From the NCBI GenBank assembly GCA_013265495.1, contig MU058065.1:9961720-10025719 (forward strand): a stretch of 64,000 nt of DNA, read 5' to 3'. Origin of the DNA: Vicugna vicugna. Its lineage: Eukaryota. A model generated the notes under the pieces. It saw only the letters and a list, made by a program, of their open reading frames with translations, did not search any database and was not told the origin of the DNA. Positions 13,560 to 26,010 of the stretch are shown here, piece after piece (the stretch's first letter is position 1; every line of letters starts with the position of its first letter). A program made the position numbers and the translations under genes.

Positions 13560-14140
13560 TATGCAGAGCTGCTACAGCTTTGAGGTGAGAGCATGCTTGG
13601 TGTGTCTGAGGAAAGAGCTGAGGAAAAAAGAAAGAGTGGTAGGAGATAAAATGAGACATGTAGCAGGAGTGAGCTCATTATACTGCTGTGAAGTTCATCA
13701 TAAGACCTGTGGCTTTTACTCTGAGTGAGATGGAAAGCCACTGGGAGCTTTGAGCAGAGGAGTGACCCATTCTGACTTCCATTTATAAAGGAGCATTCTG
13801 GCTGCTCTATCAGGAAGAGACTTAGGGAAGCAACAGCCAAAGCAGGGAGAAACAGTACGACTACTTTAATAATCAGAGGGAGAGAGAGAGTATGGACATG
13901 GGAGAATGATGGTGGCTTGGGTAAGATGGTAGCGGTAGGCGTTTGGGAGAGGTATATACTGGGTATGTTTTGTAGGTAGCCTCTAAGAGGATTTACTGAT
14001 GGATGAGATATGGCATTCGAGAGGAAAGAAGTGAAAGGTATTTGGCAAGACTGCAAAGTTTTTGGTATCAACAACTGGAGAAGGCTTTTAGACACAGAAA
14101 TGGGGAGAATAGGGTGAGTCAAATTTGGGGGAGATAATCA
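13560..14140 (-). mobile_element. L2 LINE fragment
   Basis: GGCTTTTACTCTGAGTGAGATGGAAAGCCACTGGGAGCTTTGAGCAGAGGAGTGAC..GGATTTACTGATGGAT, typical antisense L2. Accounts for the 202-aa ORF 13514-14122. Confidence 0.8.
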
Positions 14141-15192
14141 GAATAATTTCCAGTTAAGTTAGTTTTCTTTAAGTGAACACGTAACCTACCTACACAAGAG
14201 ATTTTATTTTAACATCTGGAAGATGTAGGTCAAGTATTTATAACCCTGCAAACTCATTATGTTATGTACTTTAGCTTAGTCTTCTAATGCAATACATAAA
14301 GCCACTAAAATAGTATTAAAAAAACAGAAAGTGGTTATTGGCAAACAATTTAATGCAAAAACCTGACAATTCTGAACCTCTTCTATTCATATTGTATTCA
14401 TCTTGGATAATTTAACTGGATGAATTAGAAATAACATAAATTATTCAACTGTAAATGATTTAAAAGCAAACAGCACATTCATTTCATTATTTTTTTCTTA
14501 GAGCCTTTCATTAAAATTCAGTCATTCTGCAATTAATTGTCACAATTTTCTGGCCAATACATTCATTTCCCATCAAATTCAAAGAAAATTACTTGAATTA
14601 AAAAAAATCTTACTCTACGTGTAGTTTATTGAACATTTCAAGTCTTGACAGTTTAATTCTATGTTTGTGTTGTGAAAGGCAGTTCTTTTCTTTTTACCTG
14701 TCTTATTTCTTTAAGTCAGTTATAGGTGAAATTGTAACCCTGACTGTTAGCTCATGTTAACTCAAGACAAGAAAATATGTATGAATATCGTGAAGAGATT
14801 TGACCTGTAAACTTTCCATTTATTGAAAAGGCTGCTTTTGGAATTGATCACATGAATTATTACCAGAATTCTTTAAATATTCATATGAAGTCTAATTGAT
14901 GTTGTAATGTTGAGCAACACATTCTTTTCATTTGACCTACTCCAGAATGACACAAACTTTTTTTTTTTACCAAATTATCTTAATGTTCATGAGATAGGTT
15001 GAATATATATGTATTTCATGGAGGGTTATGGAAGTGAACATAAATTTTAAGATTGTTTTTGCACGTTTCCTTCCCCTTAAATAATGTAACTTATTCTACA
15101 ATAAACAAAACCATTTACTGAATGTATCTATCAAGTAAGGAACCTGTATCTTAGGCAGCTATTTTCCAAATACTGTAGATACAAGTAGTAAC

Positions 15193-15420
15193 AGCTACTA
15201 TTTTGCAGAGATTTTCTGGGTGGCAGGCCCTGAGCAATACACTTGCTATGTATTATCTAATCTATCCTTCACAACCACCCATCAAAGAAGGTACCCTCAT
15301 TATTTCTATTTTATAAGTACAGAAACAATAGCTAAGAACTGTTAGGTGGTGGTCCAACATCACACAATGGTAAGTGGGAGGTAACACAGCTCTAGAACTG
15401 GAACGCTAAAAGCCAATGGC
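15193..15420 (-). mobile_element. MIR SINE
   Basis: ATCCTTCACAACCACCC..ATTATTTCTATTTTATAAGTACAGAAAC..CACACAATGGTAAGTGG, the antisense MIR core. Confidence 0.7.
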
Positions 15421-16245
15421 ATGCTTCTTTAATTCTGTTGGCATCTCTGAATTTGCAATATTGAGTCACTATTTACTACCTGCCATTAGTGTGTCATGAT
15501 ACAACTAACCACAAAATATGTATCTTCAGATACATAGAAAATATAAGATAAAGGAAAAACAAGGCTATTGCATCATTAATCCAACTACTTTTTCTTTAGC
15601 CAAGGCTTCATCTAATGTCTTCCAAGTGGGTAAGAATTGTGATGTATCTCGATTTTGAGGAATATTTTAGAGAATGCATTTTGAGTCAGAAAAAAAGATG
15701 GTTATGAAAGTTATTATTGGGCACTATAAAATACCACTGTTGCCAAAAGAAATTAGCAAAGGAAAAAATGTTTGAAGGGAAAGTTATTAATGCATATGGA
15801 TAGTTTTAACACTTATATATGTATGTTCTGGGTGAGACAATTCTATTTCTAAGAAATAGAAACTCAGATGAGCATGAAGTTTAACTCACATGAACGAAAG
15901 TTAAAAAAACAAACAAACTAGGATTCAAAGTGTTCAAGTATAGGGGTTATAAAGACAAGAAAGTAATGCTAGGCATTCATGAAAAATGATGTTTGAGAAG
16001 CATATTTATTTATAAAGAAATAGTCATGACAAACTGTTATTAGGAAAGCACAAACTACAGAAAAATATGTAAACTATGCTCTGTTTTGGGGGCTTAAAAT
16101 ATATCTTGGTATATCTGGGGATTATCTTTGGTAATGTACGTAAAAGTATTTTATTCTCGTGTATTTTTTGTTTTTCATTATTTTATACAATTACAATAAA
16201 CTTGACAATAAAACCAAAAAGGTATTTTAAGAAATCCACCATTTC

Positions 16246-16497
16246 TTACCAAAGGGGAAAGGTGGGGGACAGGGATAAATTAGGAGCTTGGGATTAACAG
16301 ACAAACACCATTATATGTAAAACAGATAAACAACAAGGTCCTACTGTACAGCACAAGGAATTATATTCAATTTCTTGTAATAACCTATAATGGGAAAGAA
16401 TATGAAAGTATATGTATAACTGAATCACTTTACTGTACACCTGAAAGTAACATTATACATCAACTACACTTCAATAAAAAATAAAATAAAATAAAAT
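16246..16497 (+). mobile_element. 5'-truncated L1 (3'UTR + poly-A), artiodactyl-lineage type
   Basis: Typical L1 3'UTR (AACAAGGTCCTACTGTACAGCACAAGGAATTATATTCAAT..ACTGAATCACTTTACTGTACACCTGAAA), AATAAA and an (AAAAT)n tail. Perfect 14-bp TSD AAATCCACCATTTC at 16232-16245 and 16498-16511. Confidence 0.9.
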
Positions 16498-18569
16498 AAA
16501 TCCACCATTTCATGTTTCTTCCTTTCCTAAAGCACTGTCCTTACTTAACTAATATTTTCAAAAAGAGGTCCATGATTTACTAATTTCTTTGTTAATTATT
16601 TTACTTAATGAAGATTTAATTTTACACTTCTTAAAATGATCTTTTATAATCTATACTTGAGAATGCCATTCAATTCAAAATAATAAACTTTTTTTAAGTA
16701 CTCCTGTCTGCATGACATTTTTTTTGTTTCAGTCCTTTGGGAAATTCCAAAATGAAGACTCTATGGCCCCAACTTATGTGGTGCTCACAATTGGAAGAAG
16801 AAATAAGGCACATAAGACCTAAGTGTAATTCCAGACAAAATGCAGTAATTATGTCAAGAGCAGTAAATAGTCCTATAGCAGTAGGGAGGTGTATTTCCCA
16901 TTTAGGGAACCAAGAGAAGTTTAATAGGGATGGTGGCATTTGACCTTGACATTGTACTTAAAGAATGAGTCAGACTTTTATAGATGAATTCAAAGAGTTA
17001 AACACTCCACCAGCGGGTAGGAATTAAATGAAAAACACTTCGGAGAGAATAAAACAGAGCGAACAGTATGATTTCTTTCACATATTGAGTATTTGATAAA
17101 TAATAGTGAAATTTAAGGTTGAAAAGAGAGTTGAAACACGTTTCAAACATTCTGGGGAAAAAAATGGCTAAGGTGTTTAGATTTATTTTATCCATTGATC
17201 GAGCAGTTAATAAAAGCTTTTGAGTAAAGAAATGACATTATCTATGTTAATTATAAAAAATATTAAGGTTAAATACACTTCAGATCAAAGGACTGTTAAT
17301 TCATGTACAGATCAACTAAGTCCAAGATTCTGAATGCCTCAGCATCACATGAAAATAAAAAATCTCTGTATCTTGATAGATTAGTACAAAAGTAAAAGGG
17401 GAAAAAAAAATCTGCAGATTTATTTCAACCAGAGTACCTAGGAAATTCTTTGTTCTCTTACTAAAGACTTTTTAAAAAGATTCTTAAATTTACTTTAATG
17501 TTCTAAATCTTACCATGAAAGTGAAAATACTTAGCGAAATACAATCATTTGTGGAAAATTAAGAACCATAATTAGAGAAAAATGGTTTTAAAGCAGAACT
17601 GCCTCTTTTATATGATATTATGTGCTGATAAGGATCAAGATTTTTTTGTGGACTTGGAAAATGTTAATACATTCACAAGGTATTCAGTCTATGTTTATAA
17701 GACACTGAGGTCTTTGTTAATTTCTCAAACATAATAATTCAAGTGACTTCTCCACATATTTCAGTATGAGTGCATGCACTGCAATAAGACTTTACATTTC
17801 TGTATGCCAAATAAAATTGGCTCAATATATTAGCAATTCTGGATAGTCAAGGAATCACCAGGCAACAAGAGAAATTGAGAGATCATTTTGTTTATCGCCT
17901 GTTTGCCTTATAAATCTCTCTGATTTTCCACAAAAGATAGAAACCATATGACTTCTTTTTTAGAAAATAATTAAAACATAATTTCTGTTTAATAATGTCA
18001 TGGTGACTATCTGTTACAAACTAAGTTCCTTTTTTCGTTGTTGTTCTCGAATTGAACGGAAGAAAGAAGCAAACACATAGCCAGTCATCCATTATATGTG
18101 ATCAATTATCTTAGTTAGTTCTAACAGGTCAACCTTTTAAATTGATTTTCCTAGCAGGCAATTGCTCATCTCCACAAAAAGGTTACTATTCTAGCCAGCA
18201 AGCTGAAAATGGGTACTTTTGGTCTTATGGAGCTTGGATACAAAAAAAGAATCTAAATCAGAAATATTTTCTGATTAATCAAAAATATTTTCTGATTACC
18301 CTAAAAACAATTTGAATTACATACCATACTCACATGGGTTGTTAATATAATCTTCTACTAAAGGACAGGACTTAAACATAAATCTTTTTTAAATAAAAAT
18401 GAGTGTTAGATAATTTCATTGCTTTCTCTAGACAGAAAGATTTTTCCAGGTCAATGTGCTATGCCTTTCATTTTTAAATTCTTTGTTAATTCATTGCAAC
18501 AAAATTATCTATGGCAATCCTAAATTATTAAGCATTAAACTCATACCATCATTGAAAAGATATCAATGT

Positions 18570-19190
18570 GAGGAATCCTTGTACATTGCAAGTATAAATA
18601 CAAAATGGTGCAGTTGCTGTGGAAAATAGTTTGTTGATTCCTCAAAAAGTTAAACAGAATTTTCATATGACCTAGTAATTGCACTCTTTGGTATACATCT
18701 GAAAGAACCGAAAGCAGGAACTTCCTAACAGATACTTGCATGTCAATGCTCATCACAGTGTTGTTCTCAAAAGTCAAAAGGTAGAAACAATCCAAGTGGC
18801 CCTCAACCAGTGAATGAATAAACACAATATGATATACCCATAGAGACAGAATATTATTAGGCTCTACAAAAACAATGAAGGTCTATCCATGCTACAACAT
18901 GGATAAACCCTTGAAAACATTATGCCAAGGGAAATAAGCCAGACATAAAAGGACAAATATGTGTTTTCATGTATATGAAATATCTGGAATAGGCAAATTT
19001 ACAGAAAAAAAAAGTAGATTAGAGTTTACCCATGGAGAGTTATTGTCAATAGGTAATTTTCTGTTTACTGTGATGAAAAAGTTTTGGAAAAAGAAAGTGG
19101 TGATTTTTGTACAATACTGTGATTGTAACTAATGCTACTGAATCATATACTTAAAAATGGTTAAAATGGCAAATTTTATGTGATATATAA
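18570..19190 (+). mobile_element. Old L1 (L1MB-like), ORF2 end plus 3'UTR
   Basis: Hallmark L1 3' motifs: AAATGGTGCAGTTGCTGTGGAAAATAGTTTG, ATATGACCTAGTAATTGCACTC, CATGCTACAACATGGATAAACCCTTGAAAACATTATGC, TACTTAAAAATGGTTAAAATGGCAAATTTTATG. Confidence 0.85.
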
Positions 19191-19569
19191 TTTATATTTA
19201 TATATAAGTATATCAGTGAGAGCTATGTATAATAAATAATTAGTATGAGAGTCCATGTACTGTTATTTTTAATTATGAGTCCTATATTGTACTTTTAAAA
19301 AATCAATAGAGCCATATATTCGGTTCACACACAATCTACTGTAGGCTAAATCTCTGTAAATCCCTTTCTGCTACTGACACACTGCTGATTGCTACCTCTG
19401 ATCAATTTCCTATCCCCTCTAGGTATTTTTTCTTGAGTACATTGATCCTCATTGCATTTATTCCTAACCACTTCTCCTTGAACAATACATGTTAAATCAT
19501 TAACCAAGTGAATGGTTAATTATTGAAGATATCTCTGGACTCAATGAACATTTTCCTTATTATCCATGG

Positions 19570-20400
19570 TATAGACGATGAAGAAGGGAAGAAGTGGATA
19601 GCTTTAAAACAGACTTTGAGTGCCAGGTCTATGTTACTTGATGATAGCTAGCATATGGTGGGGAGGTTTGAGGGCAGGACAAATATCATAAGGACTTCTA
19701 GGTTTCTGGATTACAGAATTAAGTTGAAATAGGATACTCTGGAAAACCTGATTTTGATGTGTGCAGTATATGTGCATGCCTGTGAATGGGAAGATAATTA
19801 ATTTGGTTTGGGATATATTCAATTGTAGGTGCTTTTAAAGCACTTTGGAGATATACCTAATTGTCATGTTGCATAGGCAGTTACGTTTCCAAGTCTGAAC
19901 CTCAGGGAATTCTGTACTAGAGACATACATTTGGAAGCTATTAGCATATGGATTACAATTAAAGTCATTGGTATAGGTGATATGGCTTAGGGTGAAAATG
20001 TAGAATAAGAAATGGAGATGAAAACAAAAGAAAGGAAAGGAGAGAAGAAAAATCTGTGACTAACCATTGAGGAATTTTGATATTTAATGCCTGGATGATG
20101 AGGATGGGCTAGAAAAAGAGACAGAGAAATGTTATCAGAGCCATAAAAGGAAATTAGACCAGGCAAGTCATGGAAACTGAAGAAGCAGGGTTTTCCAAGA
20201 CCAAGAGGTCAATGGAGTCACCTCCTTCTATGCAGTCAAACTGAGGACTAAGAATGTCCACTGAATTTCGTGACTCAGAGATCACTGGTAACTTTATAGA
20301 AAGCTATGTATATGGCAAGATGAGGTAGAAAACCAAACTGAAGTGGGTTGAGTGGTGAGTAGGAAGTGAAGTAATAGAGTTGGAAAGTACAGACAATTCT
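19570..20400 (-). mobile_element. L2 LINE fragment
   Basis: TTTGGTTTGGGATATATTCAATTGTAGGTGC..GGCAGTT..GAGGACTAAGAATGTCCACTGAATTT..GAGATCACTGGTAACTTT. Confidence 0.7.
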
Positions 20401-21317
20401 AAACAAGAAAGGAAAAGGAAGTTGGTACTTAGAGTTGGAGGGAGATTTTTGTTGTTGTTTTTAGTCGGTACCCTTCATCATTAGAATAAAAATCCAACTG
20501 TACTTTCATTCTTCTTTTCATGATGTCTGAACAACATCTCTTTTTCCTTTCAAGACTAAACCCTTGCCCACCTCTCTCTGCCTCCTCCAGAGTATTAAGA
20601 ATTTACTATATGCTAATTTGTAATAAACAGAATTTCAAAATTTGTTGCAATTCTTGCACATCCCTTCTCATTCATTTCTACTTGTTTTTTCTGAATGTAG
20701 CTGAATCAGTTCTTCTTCAGATTCTTTGTTATTCCACATATATAGAGCTTTTTTTGGATAATAACTGAAAATATATTATCTACATATTTCATTCATTTGC
20801 ATTAATGCTGAAGGTTGTAAAAAAGCACTTAAAATTAATATTACCATTTATTAAAGCTACTTGTTGATTTCCAATGTTTAAGCTTATGCACTATTGAAAA
20901 AAATATTGTTACTGAAGCAAATGTAGGAAAGATGATCTCAGGTCTATTCTTTTTTTTTTTTAACCAGTGATTGCTAATAATGAAAAGATTAATAATTGAG
21001 CAGTTTGAATAGGTAAAGAAGTCCTCATTGTGAGATTTTTCAGATAAATTACAATGTTCTATAAAAAGATGAATCATTTTCATGTTATTTTTGAATGTCT
21101 TAGTTATCATATATTACATGTTAACACTAAACAAGAAAACAAATTTACATGAATTAATACCAGTCTTATGGTTATGAAAAGTAAATGGATGCACAGATAA
21201 TAGAACATATTTTTGTTTTGGATATTTTTTCATTAAGAAATTTCTTTTCTTTTAATAGAAATGATATGAAATGAATATAGCATTTAATCACATTAAATCA
21301 ATTCTAATAAGCTGTTT

Positions 21318-21448
21318 AGTCTCCCCCCTACACAGACTGTGGGTACCAAAATTTGTGGATGATCAAGTCCCTTATATAAAATGGTGCAATACAGTTGGCC
21401 CTCTACATCCACGGGTCCCACATCTGTGGATATGGCAGGCTGACTGTA
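21318..21448. mobile_element. Tigger-family MITE fragment (MER2-like)
   Basis: GGTACCAAAATTTGTGGATGATCAAGTCCCTTATATAAAATGG and terminal GGCTGACTG|TA. Internal inverted repeat at 21392-21446. Confidence 0.7.
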
Positions 21449-22389
21449 GTAAGTTTGGGTTTTTCATTAAAACAAAAAAACCACCCAGACAAATATCAAA
21501 TAAACAGCTCAGATTGCAGAGAATATGAATATGATGCTTAATCCAAAAGAGTTATATTATGTAAAAATAAAACTCACATAACATCACTTATTTTTGTAGA
21601 TTACTTCCTTTATCAGTATAATATTTAATCTTGAATTTGAAAAATATCTTTGGAGTAAGTAAAATGAAAATTAAAAATATAATGATACATGTAAGCTAAA
21701 TTTAATAAATACGTTTAATAAAGTGGAAGTAAATCACAAGACTTTCCTGTTAGAATTATGAATGTTCTGCTGAATTCAATACACAAAATGAAGGCAAATG
21801 AATGAATCAATTCAATGAATATACACTTAAGTTACTATATTTTACCAAAAGAATATTGTATGTTGATAAAATAGTCATTGGCTATAACCATAAAGGAAAT
21901 AATTTTTTTTTTAGTTTTTGTTGTTGATATTAACAATCTGAGTAGACTGACAAAACATCCACATGATTTTATTCAAAATGTAACTACTTATATTTAAGAA
22001 AATATTCTCTGAGAGTTGGTCTGAGTCTGTGTGAGACTTCTCTCTTAGAAATCTTTTGATATACGTTAAGGTCACTGCCAGTACTATGATGTAAGAAATG
22101 AAGGAATCAATTTTCACCTGATGATCAGAATTATTAAAAATGCAAAATCTCAGTGCAGCATGTTGTTTATAATTGCTGACAGGAATCTGTAAACCTTTTA
22201 AGTAAGAGATCAAACATGTAAAGCTCAATAGTCATTCCGAACAATGACTTTTTATTTCTATAGTTATTTTTATTGAAAGAATAAGTATTTTTTCTTACTT
22301 TCATCATTATCTAACAGCTCCATTTTAAAAAGTGCTACTATATATATTCCCAACAGATGTTTTGTGGTTTAAAAAAAGTCTTTTTTTTT

Positions 22390-23300
22390 CTTAGCTCTGA
22401 TATTTGTGATTTTTAAAAAGCTAATTCTTTTTTTTAACAAATGAGACTTTAAAATATGATTACCAGTTGATGGAGGTTATCAGAAAATGGCTGTAATCTG
22501 AAGTGATAAAAAGATTATGTGTTTCAGAAATCTTATAAATGTGCAGGGCTCTCTCAAAGTTATGAAAAGCTCCAACTAAAGATAATTTTCATAAACTATA
22601 CATGATAAAGGATTTATTTCTGAGACCCATATTCAACCCAATAAGTAAACTTAAAAATTATTTAACGTCAAACAGGTATATACTCACATAAACTTGTCAC
22701 AGGAAAATGAAAAATAATGGTAATAGGTTAATTACTAATAGAAATAAAAGATTCCTGAAGTAGGGGAAAATGGCATTTTATTTAAAGAAAGTTGGGGGCT
22801 CAAACAGAATATCAGGAAAGGGAAATGATGAGTTGAAAATACTTAAGTAAATGGAAGTTTCTTGGTTTCTGTTGATGAAGTACAGAATTGGAATAAAACT
22901 AATCTGCTAAAGAACAGTTTGGTTTTATCCCTTTATGATTTACACCTTAAATATTGTGAACATCTTTAGTTTCAATTTTGTAAACTCAACAGTGCTCTAA
23001 TCAAAATAGAGGGTCTTGTACCAAAAATTTTAGAGTAGTGATCATTTTATAACAGATTCCTTTGATCCTCTTCAGTTGACTACCTAGAGTGACTGCTAGT
23101 TTTTGAACAAGTTCTCTGAAATTGTGTTTCTAACAAGCAACCACTTTGTGGTGAAAATTTCAGGAGTGACATAACTACTTCACTATAAAAGCTCTAAGAG
23201 GGTCAAAGTTTCAACACAGAAAATTGATTTGTCTTTAAGGGATATATACAAATCCTAGTGAAACAAAACGCCTTTCCTCTTCGTCCAACTCTAAAGAGCC
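22390..23300. mobile_element. Possible decayed ERV1 internal (non-coding) fragment
   Basis: Composition and motifs are reminiscent of MER34/MER4-group internal sequences. No LTR, PBS or gag/pol motif recognised. Confidence 0.3.
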
Positions 23301-23691
23301 TCGGCACGTGTTCAGGAATACTTCTATATGACACGAACCACAGTTAGTTTGATCTCATAAGTTATTTCAGGAACTGAGAGCTTATTCAGCACCTCTAAAT
23401 ATGAAGGCTGCTTTCAGCTTTTTAAAAAATTATAACAATGTACTGCCTGAAAGAGTTAAATTCCCTGAAGACTTGGTTTCTTCATATAGTAGATTTATAT
23501 GTTTGTAAAGTAAATTTGATCCAGACCTGATGAATATTCTCAGAAAATAATCCAAATGTATCTTTAAAAATACATTTTTGTTGTTATATATTTTACCAAG
23601 ATTATTTAGGAAATACGCAAACATACTATGCAATAACAAAACTTCTAAATTGATGAAATTGTCTATACTTCCAGACTTAGCAAATGTTACC

Positions 23692-24027
23692 CTCTTTTTA
23701 AGTTGAAGTATAAGTTGACTTACAATATTATATTACTTTCAGGTCTACAACATAGTGATTCATTGTTTTTATAGATTATACACCATACAAAGTTATATTA
23801 TCGACTGTATCCTTGTGCTGTACATTACATCCCCATGACATTTATTTGATAATTGGAAGTTTGTACCTCCTAATCTCTGTCACTGTCACTTATTTTGTTC
23901 ATTGCCCCACCCCCTCTCCTCTGGCAACCACTAGTGTGTTCTCTGTATGTGTGAGTCTGTTTTTCTTTTGTTATATTTGCTGTTTTGTTTTGTTTTTTTT
24001 TAGATTCCCCATATAGCTGAAAACATT
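23692..24027 (-). mobile_element. L1 3'UTR fragment (antisense)
   Basis: TTGAAGTATAAGTTGACTTACAATATTATATT..CAACATAGTGATTC..CCTCTGGCAACCACTAG..TTTAGATTCCCCATAT reads as the reverse complement of a mammalian L1 3' end. Confidence 0.8.
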
Positions 24028-24049
24028 TTTTCTAGCTTTGGCTCTAGAG

Positions 24050-24953
24050 CGGAGGTCAGCAAACATTTTCTGTAAGGTGCCAGGTAGTAAATATTTTAGG
24101 ATCATGGGCCAAGAGGCAAAATCAAGAACATTATGGAGGTATTTATAAGACAACAGATAAACTAAATTTTCACAAATTTTTTACTGATGAAATTCAAAAT
24201 ATAATAAAAAATTGAGTATAGTTTTGCATAATACAGATTAGTGAGAAAATGTAATTTTGCAGGGGAGGGAGATAAGATTTTGCTTAACTGAGGTCCAAAG
24301 ATAGTGTTCCCTACCATCAAAATTAAAATGTTTTTCTGTAATGCGGCTTTATATATTACTGCTCTGAATGTCTTTTCGCCCAGGTGGGTAGTGCCAAATG
24401 CTGATATAAATGCATGAACACATGGTTTCAATTGAGCTTATTTATTGCTTGGAAGGAATTTATAGAATTCTGTTAGATCATCTTGATATTTGCCTTTTAG
24501 CTTGTCTTTAAATTGTAAATTAATGACTTCCAATTGAAGGTTAGGTGGAAGTGTCTCGATTGCACTGTTAAATGCATTTTGAAATATGCACACTTCCTTT
24601 GCACTTGCATCAAGGTCTGAAAAGTGCTTCGGGAATGTAGTTTGAGTTCATAAAATACAACTGCTGCAGATCTGTGTGGGAATGGAGATCTCACTTCTTG
24701 CTTTAACACTGCAGCAGGAGTCTCAAAAGCAGCTTGATATTATCTGTGCTTCAGACAATATCAGTTTTTCTCCAAATTACGTTATAGCAGTGTAAATTAC
24801 TCATATAGGTGCTGTTTGCCTTGTAATTTTAGGTTGAATTTATTAAGAAACATTATCAAGTCTGCAGCAAAAGCTAATGTCTAAAACCAACTTGGCTTAA
24901 ATCACAGTGGCTGAGGCTTGGACTTGGCCCTGGATTGTAGGTTTGGATCCCTG
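24050..24953. mobile_element. hAT-Charlie DNA transposon (Cheshire/MER58-like), internally deleted, with transposase remnant on the minus strand
   Basis: MER58-type left end (CGGAGGTCAGCAAACATTTTCTGTAAGGTGCCAGGTAGTAAATATTTTAGG) and right end (..TTGGCCC..GTTTGGATCCCTG). 8-bp NTCTAGAN-type TSD CTCTAGAG (24042-24049) / TTCTAAAG (24954-24961). Minus-strand ORFs 24162-24431 (ISAFGTTHLGEKTF) and 24497-24709 resemble the hAT C-terminal dimerisation region (FGSTYLCE..FS). Confidence 0.85.
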
Positions 24954-25040
24954 TTCTAAAGGATACCAAAGGTATTTGTTTAGATTGTACTACAGTAAAT
25001 ATTTATTGTTTTTACTTGCTTTGAGTAAGATGGAGATGAG

Positions 25041-25153
25041 TATAAAACAAGGACCTACTGTATAGTACAGGAAACTATATTCAATTTCTTATAATGAGCC
25101 ATAATGTAAAAGAAACTGAAAAAATATGTATGTATGTATATATATAACTGAAT
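25041..25153 (+). mobile_element. L1 3'UTR fragment lacking its poly-A end
   Basis: AACAAGGACCTACTGTATAGTACAGGAAACTATATTCAATTTCTT..TATAACTGAAT aligns by eye with 16330-16425 of the L1 copy in this window. Confidence 0.85.
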
Positions 25154-25358
25154 TGGCCTCTCTGGCCTTCTGAGATGGCCTGCATTCTGTCTGTGGAGCA
25201 TGTATCTCCCTGAATAAATCTACCTTCACTCTACTATGGCTCACTCTTGAATTCTTTCCTTTGCAAAGCCAAGAACCCTCACTTGGCAGGGCGCATCCCA
25301 GGGACTTGCCTGTGACCTGGAACATGACCATCCTTTTGCGCCCCATTTCCCTGCAACA
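25154..25358 (+). mobile_element. 3' part (end of U3/R/U5) of an ERV1-type LTR
   Basis: AATAAA at 25213-25218, then ..CTCTTGAATTCTTTCCTTTGCAAAGCCAAGAACCC, a typical ERV1 LTR U5 motif. Terminal ..GCAACA. Confidence 0.75.
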
Positions 25359-25849
25359 GAGAGAGCCCCTATAGTGTCCATTCTTTCATGAATTTCTTGA
25401 ACAACCATTTGTTGAAGGCCTACTATGTTATTTCATTCTATTAGGTATCAGGGAACTAAAAACACAGATTGGTGAGGGAAAAAAGACACATCGGCAGGTA
25501 AATCCAGCATAAGGTAGTAAGTGTTAAAAAGAAATACACAAATGTACTATAGGAGGGAAAATGAGAAAGCCAACTGATTTTAATGTATCAGACACCACAG
25601 TCTGAAGAGGAACGCCAGATGAGGAGATACTTGGTCTTGGTCGTAAAGCATTTGTAATAGTTTAAGTCAGGAAAGGAAATTCTGGACAAAGAGACCACTT
25701 TGTAGAGAGGACTTGGAGGCATGAAAAAAATCATTCTGTGTCCAGAGAAAATGAGAGTCAGTGGAAGCCAAGAGGAAGGAGAGGGAGCAGGTGGTGAAAG
25801 GATGTGGCTGGAGAGGCACGGTGGGGCTAGACTGAGGGGGTCTTTGGAA

Positions 25850-26010
25850 TCAGGATTTTCAAAGCTTTACTGTGCAAACAAGTCACTTGATCAATCTGGT
25901 TAAAATGCAATTTCCAGTTCGGCTGGTGGGGCCTCCATGCTGCACTTCTACCAAGATCCCAGGTGGTGGTGATGCTGCTGCCTGGAGGACTGCCCTTGGA
26001 CGCACTAAGG
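25850..26010. mobile_element. MER5-like hAT-Charlie MITE
   Basis: GTTAAAATGCA..GGGGCC..TGCACTTCTACCAAGATCCCAGGTG..TGATGCTGCTG, the MER5 core pattern. Confidence 0.7.

Noticed and set aside
13514..14122. Longest ORF (202 aa, minus strand) as a gene
   Set aside because: It lies wholly within an L2 fragment, has an S/L/P-rich composition, and shows no recognisable host domain or splice context.
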